In this document: positions 45,550 through 54,879 of the stretch, piece after piece
Numbering within the stretch: the first letter of the stretch is position 1
Layout of the letters: every line of letters starts with the position of its first letter
NCBI GenBank assembly: GCA_001889965.1
Contig: MOEI01000012.1
Coordinates: 1,170 to 65,169 of the forward strand
DNA: 64,000 nucleotides
Direction: 5' to 3'
DNA from: a bacterium CG10_46_32
GTDB lineage: Bacteria; Patescibacteriota; Patescibacteriia; UBA2169
The notes under the pieces: model-generated
Told to the model about the DNA's origin: nothing
The model's database searches: none
What the model saw: only the letters and a program-made list of their open reading frames with translations
Made by a program: the position numbers and the translations under genes

Positions 45550-46839
45550 ATGCTAAATCAAATCCAAAATTCAAAAATTAAAAACCGCTTTACTAGTGTG
45601 GCAGGTGGCATATATTTTATAGGTGGACTTTGGATTTTGACAGGTGGGATGCTGCCGCTATCCGCGCGCGCGCAATCCAATGTTATTGTCTCGCAATGGA
45701 TATCCAGCGAAAAACTTGAAAACGGGTACACTGCAACAACCCAAGCACAGGATGTATCACTCACTGCGTCACTACATCGCGCTGCCTTTGTTGAGCTGGT
45801 TGCGCCGGACTACTATCCTGTAGTGCCGATGGATAAATCCCTCATTACTACGGTATACCACTATGCCCTGCTTCCGACAACCGAAAATAAATTATCCGGC
45901 ACTATTGCGATTGGCTTTACATACCCTCTGGACGAGGCACGATTCAAAGAAATCTTTATCTACAACGAAGAGCTTGGCAGGTGGACGCACTTGGCAGGCA
46001 GTATCGATGAGGCGCAACAAAAAATAACCGCGCGCACAAACTGGGCCAGCGGATTTATTGCCGTATTCGCGGACCATATAGAGAGAAGCGATCTCCTCAA
46101 AGAAAAGCTTAATGCCCCAAGCATCCTCGTTGTGGATGCCAAAACCGGAGAAATCCTCCTTGAACGAAATAGCGCAGTGGTGCGACCCATAGCAAGCCTC
46201 ACTAAACTTATGACTGCGGCCGAATTTTTGGAACACAGCCCCGGATGGAGCAAGCGCATTACTATGATTGGCACCGACGACACCATTCCCGCAAAAATCT
46301 ATGTAACGCCAGGCGATGTATTTACGACGCATGATTTATTTTATGCAACACTTTTGCCGAGCGCGAATAATGCGGCGCGCGCATTGGCCCGCGCAACCGG
46401 GCTTTCACGCGAATCATTTGTATCTGCTATGAATGAAAGGGCAAAAATCTTGGGCATGGATTCAACTGCCTACGTGGAACCAACGGGGCTTGCGGCGGAA
46501 AATGTTTCAACCGCACAAGATCTCTACAAACTCTCACGCTCTGTATTTGCAGATATGGAATTTCTCAAAGCAACCACCCCTAAAACATTCACCATAGAAA
46601 GCCTCAAGAACGGCAAGCAGCATGTGCTTACAAACACCAATAAAGCAATGAATGTACCCTATGTGGTCCTGGGATCAAAAACTGGCTACACAATAGAGGC
46701 TGGTCGGAACGTAATCATGAAAGCACGAAATAGCGCAGGGCGCGAAGTTATTGCAATTACGCTCGGAGGCACGTCTCCTGGCGCACAATGGGATGATATG
46801 CGAATACTCTTGGATGCGGCACTAGGAGAACAGCGCTGA
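45550..46839 (+). CDS. D-alanyl-D-alanine carboxypeptidase (PBP5/S11 family)
   Basis: SLTKLMT (SxxK), SAN (SxN), KTGYT (KTG); start taken at the internal Met. The N-terminal leader is shared with the next gene. Confidence 0.8.
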   Translation: MLNQIQNSKIKNRFTSVAGGIYFIGGLWILTGGMLPLSARAQSNVIVSQWISSEKLENGYTATTQAQDVSLTASLHRAAFVELVAPDYYPVVPMDKSLITTVYHYALLPTTENKLSGTIAIGFTYPLDEARFKEIFIYNEELGRWTHLAGSIDEAQQKITARTNWASGFIAVFADHIERSDLLKEKLNAPSILVVDAKTGEILLERNSAVVRPIASLTKLMTAAEFLEHSPGWSKRITMIGTDDTIPAKIYVTPGDVFTTHDLFYATLLPSANNAARALARATGLSRESFVSAMNERAKILGMDSTAYVEPTGLAAENVSTAQDLYKLSRSVFADMEFLKATTPKTFTIESLKNGKQHVLTNTNKAMNVPYVVLGSKTGYTIEAGRNVIMKARNSAGREVIAITLGGTSPGAQWDDMRILLDAALGEQR

Positions 46840-46862
46840 AAAATCCAAACGACAAAGCTTAA

Positions 46863-47972
46863 ATGACAAATCAAATCACAAATCACAAATCAAAAAACCG
46901 CTTTGATAGTGCGGCAGGTGGCATGTATTTGATATATGGACTTTGGATTTTGACATGTGTGATACTGCCAACGCCGGCTCGGGCAGGGCAACAAACATAC
47001 GCGTTCACCACAGACAATGGCACAACACTGTTGCTCCCCTACGACACCATCCAATCCATTATTCCTATTGATTTAGGCGGAGATGGCACCAGTGAACTAC
47101 TACTCGGCAGTCCGCCGGGGTTTGTAGGAATGGTATACCTCATCCGCCTTGACGGCTCCATCATCAACTCATGGAAAGCGTATGATGATGGATTTACAGG
47201 CGGAGTAAACGTGGCAGCTGGCGATTTAGACGGAGATGGAACTCCGGAAATTATTACAGCCCCGGCTGGAGGCGGAGGTCCGCATGTGCGTATTTTTGAT
47301 GGATATGGAAAGCCAAAAATTTCACTAGGATTTTTTGTGGGCGACCAATCGTACCGAGGTGATGTTGCAATAGCAGTCCAGCGCATGGATGCTACGGGGC
47401 CACTTGTTATCACGGCAATCACTACTACTAATTCCGCAAAAACGTTTAGCGCGTTTTCGGCACACGGTAAAGAAATAAAATCCTACGCCTTTGCAGATAC
47501 CCAAAACGAATCCAGCATAGAGCAGGTATCACTCACCATTCAAAAAAATCAGCAAAACAAAACACTGAACATTCCAAAAATAACGAAATCAATAGAACGC
47601 GACGGAAAGGCCATAATTATCGACACCTCGGATCAATCGCTCTCGTACTATGAAAACGGATACCGCCTTGCAACATTCAAAACCTCAACCGGCAAACCAG
47701 GCTACGCGACGCCTCTCGGAGAGTATCCTATCAATAACAAATCCAAACTTGCATACTCAAAAACCTATGGCTTGTACATGCCCTACTGGATGAGTTTTAT
47801 TGGCGGGCTCTATGGAATCCACGAGCTCCCCTACTGGCCAAACGGCTACCGTGAAGGCGAAGACCATTTAGGTATTGCAGTCTCGCATGGTTGCGTTCGC
47901 CTAGGGTTTGGATCGGCGCAGACGCTTTTTGAATGGGCGGAGGTTGGCACTCCTGTAATTATCCAGCAATGA
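46863..47972 (+). CDS. L,D-transpeptidase with FG-GAP-like repeats
   Basis: FG-GAP-like DxDGDG repeats; C-terminal YkuD motif GIAVSHGCVRL. N-terminal NQITNHKSKNRFDSAAGGMYLIYGLWILT leader paralogous to that of 45550-46839. Confidence 0.7.
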   Translation: MTNQITNHKSKNRFDSAAGGMYLIYGLWILTCVILPTPARAGQQTYAFTTDNGTTLLLPYDTIQSIIPIDLGGDGTSELLLGSPPGFVGMVYLIRLDGSIINSWKAYDDGFTGGVNVAAGDLDGDGTPEIITAPAGGGGPHVRIFDGYGKPKISLGFFVGDQSYRGDVAIAVQRMDATGPLVITAITTTNSAKTFSAFSAHGKEIKSYAFADTQNESSIEQVSLTIQKNQQNKTLNIPKITKSIERDGKAIIIDTSDQSLSYYENGYRLATFKTSTGKPGYATPLGEYPINNKSKLAYSKTYGLYMPYWMSFIGGLYGIHELPYWPNGYREGEDHLGIAVSHGCVRLGFGSAQTLFEWAEVGTPVIIQQ

Positions 47973-47988
47973 GTGATATAGTACTATC

Positions 47989-49068
47989 ATGCAAACAAAT
48001 ACAAAAATTACCAAACAAACTGGAAATGGATTGGATGTATTATTTAAAATTGCGGCAGAACAAAAAGCATCTGACTTGCACTTAGTGGCTGGACGACCGC
48101 CGATTATTCGCATTGACGGATCGCTTAAACCTATTGAAGGGTACACAGAATTTACACAAGAGCAACTACAAGAGCTCTTATTTGCCATTGTGAGCCCTGC
48201 GCAAAAAGAAACACTTATCACACAACGCGATTTGGACATGTCGTATGAAATTGATGGCCTCGCACGATTCCGCGTGAATATGCACTGGGAAAAAGGGAAC
48301 CTCGGGCTTGTGGCGCGCGTAGTCACGCACCATATTCCGACTATGGAAGAAATTGCCATGCCTAAAACAGCCTATAACTTAGCGCGGCTCAAAGATGGAC
48401 TCATACTGGTGACTGGGCCAACTGGATGCGGAAAATCAACCACCTTGGCAGCTATGATTAACCTCATTAATACCGAACGCAACGCGAATATCATAACACT
48501 CGAAGATCCAATTGAGTTTATCTTCGACCCTACTGACTCTATCATCGAGCAACGTGAACTGGGTAGCGATGTTCTCACCTTTGCTTCGGGACTTAAGCAC
48601 ACCCTGCGGCAGGATCCCGATGTAATCATGGTAGGCGAAATGCGTGACTTAGAAACTATTGCAGCCACCATGACCTTGGCTGAAACCGGGCACCTTGTGC
48701 TAGCGACCTTGCATACTATTAATGCCGCGCAGACTGTTGACCGTATTATTGACGTGTTCCCACCCTACCAGCAGGACCAAATTCGCGTACAGCTTTCCAT
48801 GTCCTTGCGCGGAGTTATTTCCCAGCGACTACTACTCAAGCAAGGCGGTGGGCGCATTGCTGCGCGAGAAATCCTCATTAATAATTCAGCGATTGCAAAC
48901 CTCATCCGAGAGAACAAAATTGCGCAAATCAAAACGGTAATCCAAACGTCCGCGGAACTTGGCATGATTACTATGGACCAAAATATCAAACAACTTTACG
49001 AAGAAGAAACAATATCCAAAGAGACCGCCATTAGCAACATGCTGGATCCGCACACCCTTTCGATCTGA
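47989..49068 (+). CDS. pilT: Type IV pilus retraction ATPase PilT
   Basis: GPTGCGKSTTLAAMI Walker A, VIMVGEMRD Walker B, PilT-specific AIRNLIRE-like C-terminus. Confidence 0.9.
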   Translation: MQTNTKITKQTGNGLDVLFKIAAEQKASDLHLVAGRPPIIRIDGSLKPIEGYTEFTQEQLQELLFAIVSPAQKETLITQRDLDMSYEIDGLARFRVNMHWEKGNLGLVARVVTHHIPTMEEIAMPKTAYNLARLKDGLILVTGPTGCGKSTTLAAMINLINTERNANIITLEDPIEFIFDPTDSIIEQRELGSDVLTFASGLKHTLRQDPDVIMVGEMRDLETIAATMTLAETGHLVLATLHTINAAQTVDRIIDVFPPYQQDQIRVQLSMSLRGVISQRLLLKQGGGRIAAREILINNSAIANLIRENKIAQIKTVIQTSAELGMITMDQNIKQLYEEETISKETAISNMLDPHTLSI

Positions 49069-50021
49069 TGGAAATAAACGACCTACAATCAATTGCTTTA
49101 TTTTCTGATTTAGAAAATGAAGAGCTGGACATAGTGCGCACACTCATGTCGACCCAGCGCTATGCCATAGGCAAAACCATCTACGCTCCAAAAGAGCCGA
49201 GCGACAATTTGTATGTGGTGGCGCATGGCGGAGTTGTTGTTACTCATAAACTCGACGGAGACACTGTTACCTTGGCCCATTTGAGCCAAGGATATTTTTT
49301 TGGAGAAGCCGGACTCCTAAAAGAAAAACAAACACATCAATCAAAAGCTCAATCGGAAATTGATGACACTACACTGTTAGCTTTGAGCCGAAATAATTTT
49401 CTTAAACTTACTGAAAAACACCCAAAGCTCGCACTCGCATTGGTAACAAAAATAGCATCGGTACTGTCAGAACGCCTCACCGAAGACACAACCCGCATCG
49501 CTATTATTTCCGCCATCAGCGACCTTATTACAGACCCCAACCACCTTAATAATATCAAACTCTTGGCAAACGAAATCCTCACTATAACCTTGCGTGCTAT
49601 TCCCGCGGCTACCGGTTTTTTGGGTTTATATAAACGGCACGAACCAAGCCAACTCGAAATCGTCGCTTCAAGCAATATAAGCCCCAAACACCTACCCTAC
49701 ACGCTTCCCGTAGACAGCGACCCCTATGTGCATACACTACACACAGAAAACGACGAACTTGTAGTTCCTCGTATACAATACCAATCCCAAGAAAAAGTAT
49801 TTTACGCAAAACAAAACCTTTTAGGCAGATCTATACGTATTGAAGGGGAAAACATTGGCGTGCTCGTACTCGCGGACAAAACTCGCGGAGAGTTTTCAAA
49901 CCAGAATCGCCTGATGCTCGCCATTATCGCGAGCCAAATTTCATTTGCGCTTCAGGAAGCCCATGTTCGCCAAGAAAAAACCGCTCAAGAAGAGCTGAAA
50001 CGAAAATACGTGGGAATGTAG
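49068..50021 (+). CDS. cNMP-binding domain plus GAF domain regulatory protein
   Basis: N-terminal cyclic-nucleotide-binding fold (FFGEAGLL...), C-terminal GAF-like region. Its start overlaps the pilT stop (TGATG). Confidence 0.55.
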   Translation: MEINDLQSIALFSDLENEELDIVRTLMSTQRYAIGKTIYAPKEPSDNLYVVAHGGVVVTHKLDGDTVTLAHLSQGYFFGEAGLLKEKQTHQSKAQSEIDDTTLLALSRNNFLKLTEKHPKLALALVTKIASVLSERLTEDTTRIAIISAISDLITDPNHLNNIKLLANEILTITLRAIPAATGFLGLYKRHEPSQLEIVASSNISPKHLPYTLPVDSDPYVHTLHTENDELVVPRIQYQSQEKVFYAKQNLLGRSIRIEGENIGVLVLADKTRGEFSNQNRLMLAIIASQISFALQEAHVRQEKTAQEELKRKYVGM

Positions 50022-50066
50022 CTTGATTTTTTGATGAGCTATGCTACTCTATCCTACGCGCACTAT

Positions 50067-50143
50067 GCGCCCTTAGCTCAGCGGATTAGAGCGACTGGCT
50101 TCGGACCAGTAGGTCGGGGGTTCGAATCCCTCAGGGCGCACCA
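50067..50143 (+). tRNA. tRNA-Arg (anticodon UCG), CCA encoded
   Basis: Acceptor gcgccct/agggcgc, anticodon stem actgg/ccagt with loop cttcgga, T-arm ggggg-ttcgaat-ccctc. Confidence 0.8.
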
Positions 50144-50160
50144 TCCCTTTTTTCTTTCGT

Positions 50161-50300
50161 TGAAGATTTTCTCTTGGGCCGACACGTCGTACTCGGCGCG
50201 GAGGTTAAGAGAAAATCTTAAGAGGAGTAGGCGGATGGAGGGCGAAGCGGATTCCGTGTACTCACGGGATACGCACAGCCCGCAATGCCGACTACGACGC
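50161..50300 (+). repeat. tRNA-abutting structured element, copy A (between tRNA-Arg and tRNA-Lys)
   Basis: gaagattttctctt-[gccga...tcggc hairpin]-aagagaaaatctt, AAGAGGAGTAGGCGGATGGAGGGCGAAGCGG, ccgtg-tact-cacgg hairpin, GATACG, CCGACTACGACG; ends 0-3 nt before the tRNA-Lys 5' end. Confidence 0.5.
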
Positions 50301-50376
50301 GCGCCGTTAGCTCAGCTGGTAGAGCAGCTCCCTCTTAAGGAGACGGTCGGGGGTTCGATCCCCTCACGGCGCACCA
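50301..50376 (+). tRNA. tRNA-Lys (anticodon CUU), CCA encoded
   Basis: Acceptor gcgccgt/acggcgc, anticodon loop ctcttaa, T-arm ggggg-ttcgatc-ccctc. Confidence 0.8.
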
Positions 50377-50378
50377 TT

Positions 50379-50411
50379 AAAAACATCCATCAGTTATTGA
50401 TGGATGTTTTT
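50379..50411. terminator. Bidirectional intrinsic terminator
   Basis: aaaaacatccatca-gttat-tgatggatgttttt. Confidence 0.7.
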
Positions 50412-50423
50412 AATGTTAAACTA

Positions 50424-50786
50424 TTACGCGGCGCGTGGTGTCGGCGGCAACGGCGAATGGTCGGGAACTACTGACTCACTGATATCAGGCGCTGCCTTGA
50501 GTGCGTCTTTAAGGGTCTTTCCCGCTTTGAACTTTGGGACAGTTACCGTTGGAATTTTAATACGTTCAGTTGGCTTTTGAGGGTTCACACCCATACGCGA
50601 CTCGCGTGTCCGCGCCACAAACGAACCAAAACCAGTAAGCACAGCTTCTTTACCAGCCTTCATGGAATCAATTACCACATGCACAAACGCATCCATTACA
50701 TCTTCTGCCTCTTTTCGCGAGACATTGGCACGGGACGCGATTTTTTCGAGTAGTTGATCTTTGTTGATTTTGTTTGGATTAGACAT
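50424..50786 (-). CDS. hup: DNA-binding protein HU with extended C-terminal tail
   Basis: …GFGSFVARTRESRMGVNPQKPTERIKIPTVTVPKFKAGKTLKDAL HU arm; start taken at the internal MSNPNK. Confidence 0.85.
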   Translation of the reverse strand: MSNPNKINKDQLLEKIASRANVSRKEAEDVMDAFVHVVIDSMKAGKEAVLTGFGSFVARTRESRMGVNPQKPTERIKIPTVTVPKFKAGKTLKDALKAAPDISESVVPDHSPLPPTPRAA

Positions 50787-50838
50787 ACAGTATGCCTCCA
50801 TTGTATACCAACTTCAACGCTGTGGCAATATGCCCAAC

Positions 50839-51630
50839 CTACACTTCTACTTCGGCATACAAACGCTCAACTGAGGTGGTATTACCGGTTTTTGGGTCAA
50901 CAGTAACCATAACCGCATTCACTTGGGCAATGCCATGATCCTCAATCTCCGAAGAAACTGGAAGCTGGTTTAAAAACTGCTGAACGCGGCTTGCTCGGCC
51001 ATCGCCGATAACTGAATCGCGCATGCCGCACATTCCCACATCTGTCATAAATGCGGTTCCCTTTAATAACAGCCTCGCATCTGCGGTGGGCACGTGCGTG
51101 TGTGTTCCAAACACCGCGGAAACACGGCCATCCGCGTACCATCCAAAACCAGATTTCTCGCTCGTTGCTTCTCCATGAAAATCGACAATTTTAATTTTTA
51201 CTGAATCACCAATTTCATCCAAAATCCTATCAAACACATAAAACGGAGAATCAATCTGTTCGTGCATAAATAATTGGCCCATAAGATTGATGATGGCAAC
51301 TTTTATAGATCCAACTTCAATCACCCGAAACCCCTGGCCTGGCACATTGCCTACCCAGTTCGCGGGCCGGATGATAGGATACTTTTTGCCTGAAAATAGA
51401 ATCATGCCATTCTCCTTCCTGGCCCAATGATTGCCGCTCGTAAAAAAATCAACCCCAGCGCGCTGCACCTCTTCAAAGCCAGCCACCGTAAACCCGGAGC
51501 CATGCGCCATGTTCTCTCCATTTGCAATCACCAAATCCAAATCATTTTCTTTTTTCCAACCAGGCAAAATTGTTGCAATTGCCTTTCGTCCGGGCTTGCC
51601 GACAATATCGCCTAAAAACAGTATCTTCAT
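50839..51630 (-). CDS. ymdB: YmdB-family metallophosphoesterase (2',3'-cyclic-nucleotide phosphodiesterase-like)
   Basis: MKILFLGDIVGKPGRKAI...VIANGENMAHG motifs; start taken at the internal MKILF. Confidence 0.8.
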   Translation of the reverse strand: MKILFLGDIVGKPGRKAIATILPGWKKENDLDLVIANGENMAHGSGFTVAGFEEVQRAGVDFFTSGNHWARKENGMILFSGKKYPIIRPANWVGNVPGQGFRVIEVGSIKVAIINLMGQLFMHEQIDSPFYVFDRILDEIGDSVKIKIVDFHGEATSEKSGFGWYADGRVSAVFGTHTHVPTADARLLLKGTAFMTDVGMCGMRDSVIGDGRASRVQQFLNQLPVSSEIEDHGIAQVNAVMVTVDPKTGNTTSVERLYAEVEV

Positions 51631-51683
51631 ATATAATTTTAACATATAAAAGCCTTTCGGAGTATACCAGATGCATAGCAATT

Positions 51684-53363
51684 ATGCTAGACTCGTATCA
51701 TATGAAATGGCTTCCTCCAATCGCACTCATTGCAATCTCCATTGCACTCTATGGCGCGACATTTTCAAGGACTATCTACCTCGAAGACAGCCCGGAATTT
51801 GTCGCGGCAAGCCACACACTATCAATACCTCACCCATCTGGATACCCAACCTACTTGATAACCACAAAACTCATTTCGCTGATTCCATTTTTACCTACTG
51901 AAGTTTCCCGAATCAACTTTGTTTCCGCACTGTGGACTATTGCTGCGGTAGTGCTTTTATATTTCGTACTGTTGCGATTATTCTCAAATAGGCTCATAGC
52001 GTTCTCACTCGCGTTCCTGTTTGCAATGAGCCCTATGGTTTGGCAACAAGCAACCTACGCGGAAGTATACTCCTTAAATACGTTCTTTTTTGTATTGCTC
52101 ATAGGGGCTGCTGCGTACTACTACACGCACAAAACCGACAAGCGGCTCTCTCTATTTTTCTTTATCTATGGCTTGAGTCTGACAAATCATTTTCTAGCGC
52201 TTGCGCTTGCCCCGCTCGTCGGAATATGGCTGCTGACAGAAAAGCCAATAATGAAAAACGCACGCTTCTATGGCAACGCTTTTCTATTCTTCCTCGCTGG
52301 CCTCGCGCCCTACCTCTATATCCCAATCCGAAACGCGGGGCGCCCTGCATTCTCCTGGTTTGGTGGAAGCGCGGAAAAAATCCTTACCTATAACATTGCT
52401 TATGGCTACCATGTATCCACAGCAACCATATCCTACTTCGCTGACGTATTTCACCAAATGCTCATAAGCTTTGGATGGTTTGGTGTGGTCGCGTTTCTCG
52501 CTGGCATCGGCGCACTCATCTACTGGAAACATCCCGGCCGCTGGCATATGCTTTCGTGCCTCGGGCTTCTGTCGATTGGATTAATAATTATGCTCACCAA
52601 CGGAAGGCCCTATAGTGAATTTGAAAGCCAATTTTACCAGACACTCTATGTGCCGTTCCTACTAGTGAGCCTCCTGCCAATTGGGTACCTCCTCCAAAAA
52701 ATGTCCAAAAGCCGCTATAAGCTTGTAATTTTCTACACATCGTTGCTTGCGATTCTGATCTGGCCTGCAACGGACATCGGAAATCGATTTTTAAATAATG
52801 ATCGGTCTGGGTATGTGCTCATGGAAAACTATACCAAAGGGTTGATGGAATCACTGCCCACTGATGCCACGCTTTTTGTGCACCACGACCATATTATAAA
52901 TGACACGCTGGTGTTCGGGCTCGCCTACCAGCGCTACGTTGCCGGAATCCGGCCGGATGTGAACCTCTACTCGCTGACGCCGGTATTCCCGCCACCGGAT
53001 GATTTCCAACTTGGTGAAGATCGGAAACAAAAATACACACTGCCGCTCAAGCAGTATCTCGACGAACAGTACGCGCCAGAAGCGGCGAGTGCCACATTTC
53101 CGCGGCCAGAGCACGGATTGCCCGCAACCGCGCCCCAAAACTACATTGCAGACAACCTCTATGTGCCGAGCGCAAACGACAACCTCTACCACCGATCATT
53201 GCTTGCCAAGTACTACTATGACCTTGCCATGCAATCTTACGCAAAAGGAAGCTTGAGCTCGGGCCAGCACTTCCTGATACAGGCAATTAATTATGATCCA
53301 GACCAATTCAGCGACTACTACTATCAAACTCTTTTTATGCGAAGCTACTACTTTGGGAATTGA
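51684..53363 (+). CDS. DUF2723/PMT-like transmembrane glycosyltransferase family protein
   Basis: YLEDSPEFVAASHTLSIPHPSGYPTY hallmark, about 11 TM segments, TPR-like C-terminus; start taken at the internal MLDSYH. Confidence 0.55.
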   Translation: MLDSYHMKWLPPIALIAISIALYGATFSRTIYLEDSPEFVAASHTLSIPHPSGYPTYLITTKLISLIPFLPTEVSRINFVSALWTIAAVVLLYFVLLRLFSNRLIAFSLAFLFAMSPMVWQQATYAEVYSLNTFFFVLLIGAAAYYYTHKTDKRLSLFFFIYGLSLTNHFLALALAPLVGIWLLTEKPIMKNARFYGNAFLFFLAGLAPYLYIPIRNAGRPAFSWFGGSAEKILTYNIAYGYHVSTATISYFADVFHQMLISFGWFGVVAFLAGIGALIYWKHPGRWHMLSCLGLLSIGLIIMLTNGRPYSEFESQFYQTLYVPFLLVSLLPIGYLLQKMSKSRYKLVIFYTSLLAILIWPATDIGNRFLNNDRSGYVLMENYTKGLMESLPTDATLFVHHDHIINDTLVFGLAYQRYVAGIRPDVNLYSLTPVFPPPDDFQLGEDRKQKYTLPLKQYLDEQYAPEAASATFPRPEHGLPATAPQNYIADNLYVPSANDNLYHRSLLAKYYYDLAMQSYAKGSLSSGQHFLIQAINYDPDQFSDYYYQTLFMRSYYFGN

Positions 53364-53404
53364 CTAGATGGCAAGATGATACTAGAATAGTCCTGTATTG
53401 TATT

Positions 53405-53549
53405 ACAGATTTTCTCTTCGCAACTCACTACTTGGGCCGAGGTACTCCGAGGTTAAGGAGTGAGTTGAAGAGGAGTAGGCGAGCGAAAGGCGAAGCGGCC
53501 TCCGAGTAATCTCGGATGACGCGTAGCCTGAAGCACGACTACGACGAGT
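53405..53549 (+). repeat. tRNA-abutting structured element, copy B (upstream of tRNA-Gly)
   Basis: acagattttctctt, GAAGAGGAGTAGGCGAGCGAAAGGCGAAGCGG, ccgag-taat-ctcgg hairpin (compensatory to copy A ccgtg/cacgg), GATGACG, CACGACTACGACG; ends 1 nt before the tRNA-Gly 5' end. Confidence 0.5.
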
Positions 53550-53624
53550 GCGGGTATCGTATAATGGTTATTATGTCAGGTTTCCAACCTGAAAATGGGG
53601 GTTCGATTCCCCCTACCCGCTCCA
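53550..53624 (+). tRNA. tRNA-Gly (anticodon UCC), CCA encoded
   Basis: Acceptor gcgggta/tacccgc, anticodon stem tcagg/cctga with loop tttccaa, T-arm ggggg-ttcgatt-ccccc. Confidence 0.8.
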
Positions 53625-53657
53625 AAAACACCCCGCCGATTCGGCGGGGTGTTTTTA
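53625..53657. terminator. Bidirectional intrinsic terminator
   Basis: aaaaacaccccgccg-attc-ggcggggtgttttt. Confidence 0.7.
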
Positions 53658-53680
53658 ATGTAAAAAAATACAATAAACAA

Positions 53681-54778
53681 CTACACCTTTTCCAAACCCG
53701 GATCAATCAGCTCGCCCGCGGCAATTCCCGCAACATCCTCCTGCGCCGTGCCGCCGAACCGGCGTACGCGGGACGCGTAATCCAAAATCGCGAGCCGAAA
53801 CTGCTCGCCGCCAAAATCCGGAAAATGCACACTCGTAAAATAGAGCTCCGCATACACGGACTGATACGCCATAATACCACTGGTACGCTGTTCGCCGGAT
53901 GTGCGAATGATCAAATCTGGATCAGGAATCCCATTGCTGTCCAGGTATGTTGAAATAACCTGTTCGTCCACCTTTGTGATGCCATCTTCTGCCATGCGAT
54001 TAAACGCACGAACCAAATCATCCCTGCCCCCGGAATCAAGGCAGAGTTGAAAATTGAGGTTGGTATACTTTTCTGCGTCAACTTCAAGTTGCTCGCAAAT
54101 CGCAATAATATCTTTTGGAAAACGGTCGCGCCTGCCAAAAAGCCGGAACCTGATTTTATCTTCGTGGAGATTTTTTGAAAGCGTTCCCACAAATTCTTTA
54201 AAGATACCAAACAAGTACTCAATTTCCTTTTTATCTCGGTTCCAATTTTCTGTAGAAAAACCCCATAAACTAAGGTACTGTATTCCTGATCGGCGACACT
54301 CTTTAAAAATTTCACGCATACGCTTGTTTTGCAGCGCGGCGCGGTGCCCAACCCATGGTTGCCACCCCTTGGCGCGCGCCCACCTACGATTGCCATCCGG
54401 AATAATCACCACGTGATGCGGAACCTGCGCTTTGTCAGTCCCTCGCAACAATGTTTTCCCTAACTGCACTAAACTACTGAACTCATCAGTCACAAACGAT
54501 TTCGTCCGCTTGATGGAAAAATCCGCATAGACTGCCTTAGGCACGTGCCATGCATAGCTTAAGGCTTCTACTTTTGCGGGAAAATATCCTTTTTGACACC
54601 AAGAAAGCAAGGCTTCCAAATGTGCACGCGTACCTTGAGCCACAACAAACACCGTGCCCTGTGCAGTATTTTGGACTTCCCCCATAAGGCCGTGTTTGCG
54701 CGCAAAAAGAGCGCATTGATTCCGAAAATTAACTCCCTGGACACGCCCTTTTACTTCGATATGAATTTCTTGATGCAT
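53681..54778 (-). CDS. uppS: Acylphosphatase fused to undecaprenyl-diphosphate synthase (AcyP-UppS)
   Basis: N-terminal about 90 aa EVKGRVQGVNFRNQC...GEVQNTAQGTV acylphosphatase fold; remainder is a cis-prenyltransferase (HVVIIPDGNRRWA, ...RTSGEQRTSG). Confidence 0.8.
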   Translation of the reverse strand: MHQEIHIEVKGRVQGVNFRNQCALFARKHGLMGEVQNTAQGTVFVVAQGTRAHLEALLSWCQKGYFPAKVEALSYAWHVPKAVYADFSIKRTKSFVTDEFSSLVQLGKTLLRGTDKAQVPHHVVIIPDGNRRWARAKGWQPWVGHRAALQNKRMREIFKECRRSGIQYLSLWGFSTENWNRDKKEIEYLFGIFKEFVGTLSKNLHEDKIRFRLFGRRDRFPKDIIAICEQLEVDAEKYTNLNFQLCLDSGGRDDLVRAFNRMAEDGITKVDEQVISTYLDSNGIPDPDLIIRTSGEQRTSGIMAYQSVYAELYFTSVHFPDFGGEQFRLAILDYASRVRRFGGTAQEDVAGIAAGELIDPGLEKV

Positions 54779-54879
54779 ATATATACCAGCTGATTACGTG
54801 ATATCGTACCATACTATCACCTCACGCACAAAAAAATAATTTCCAAAAAACAAAACATCTGTGCTATAGTAAAATTATT

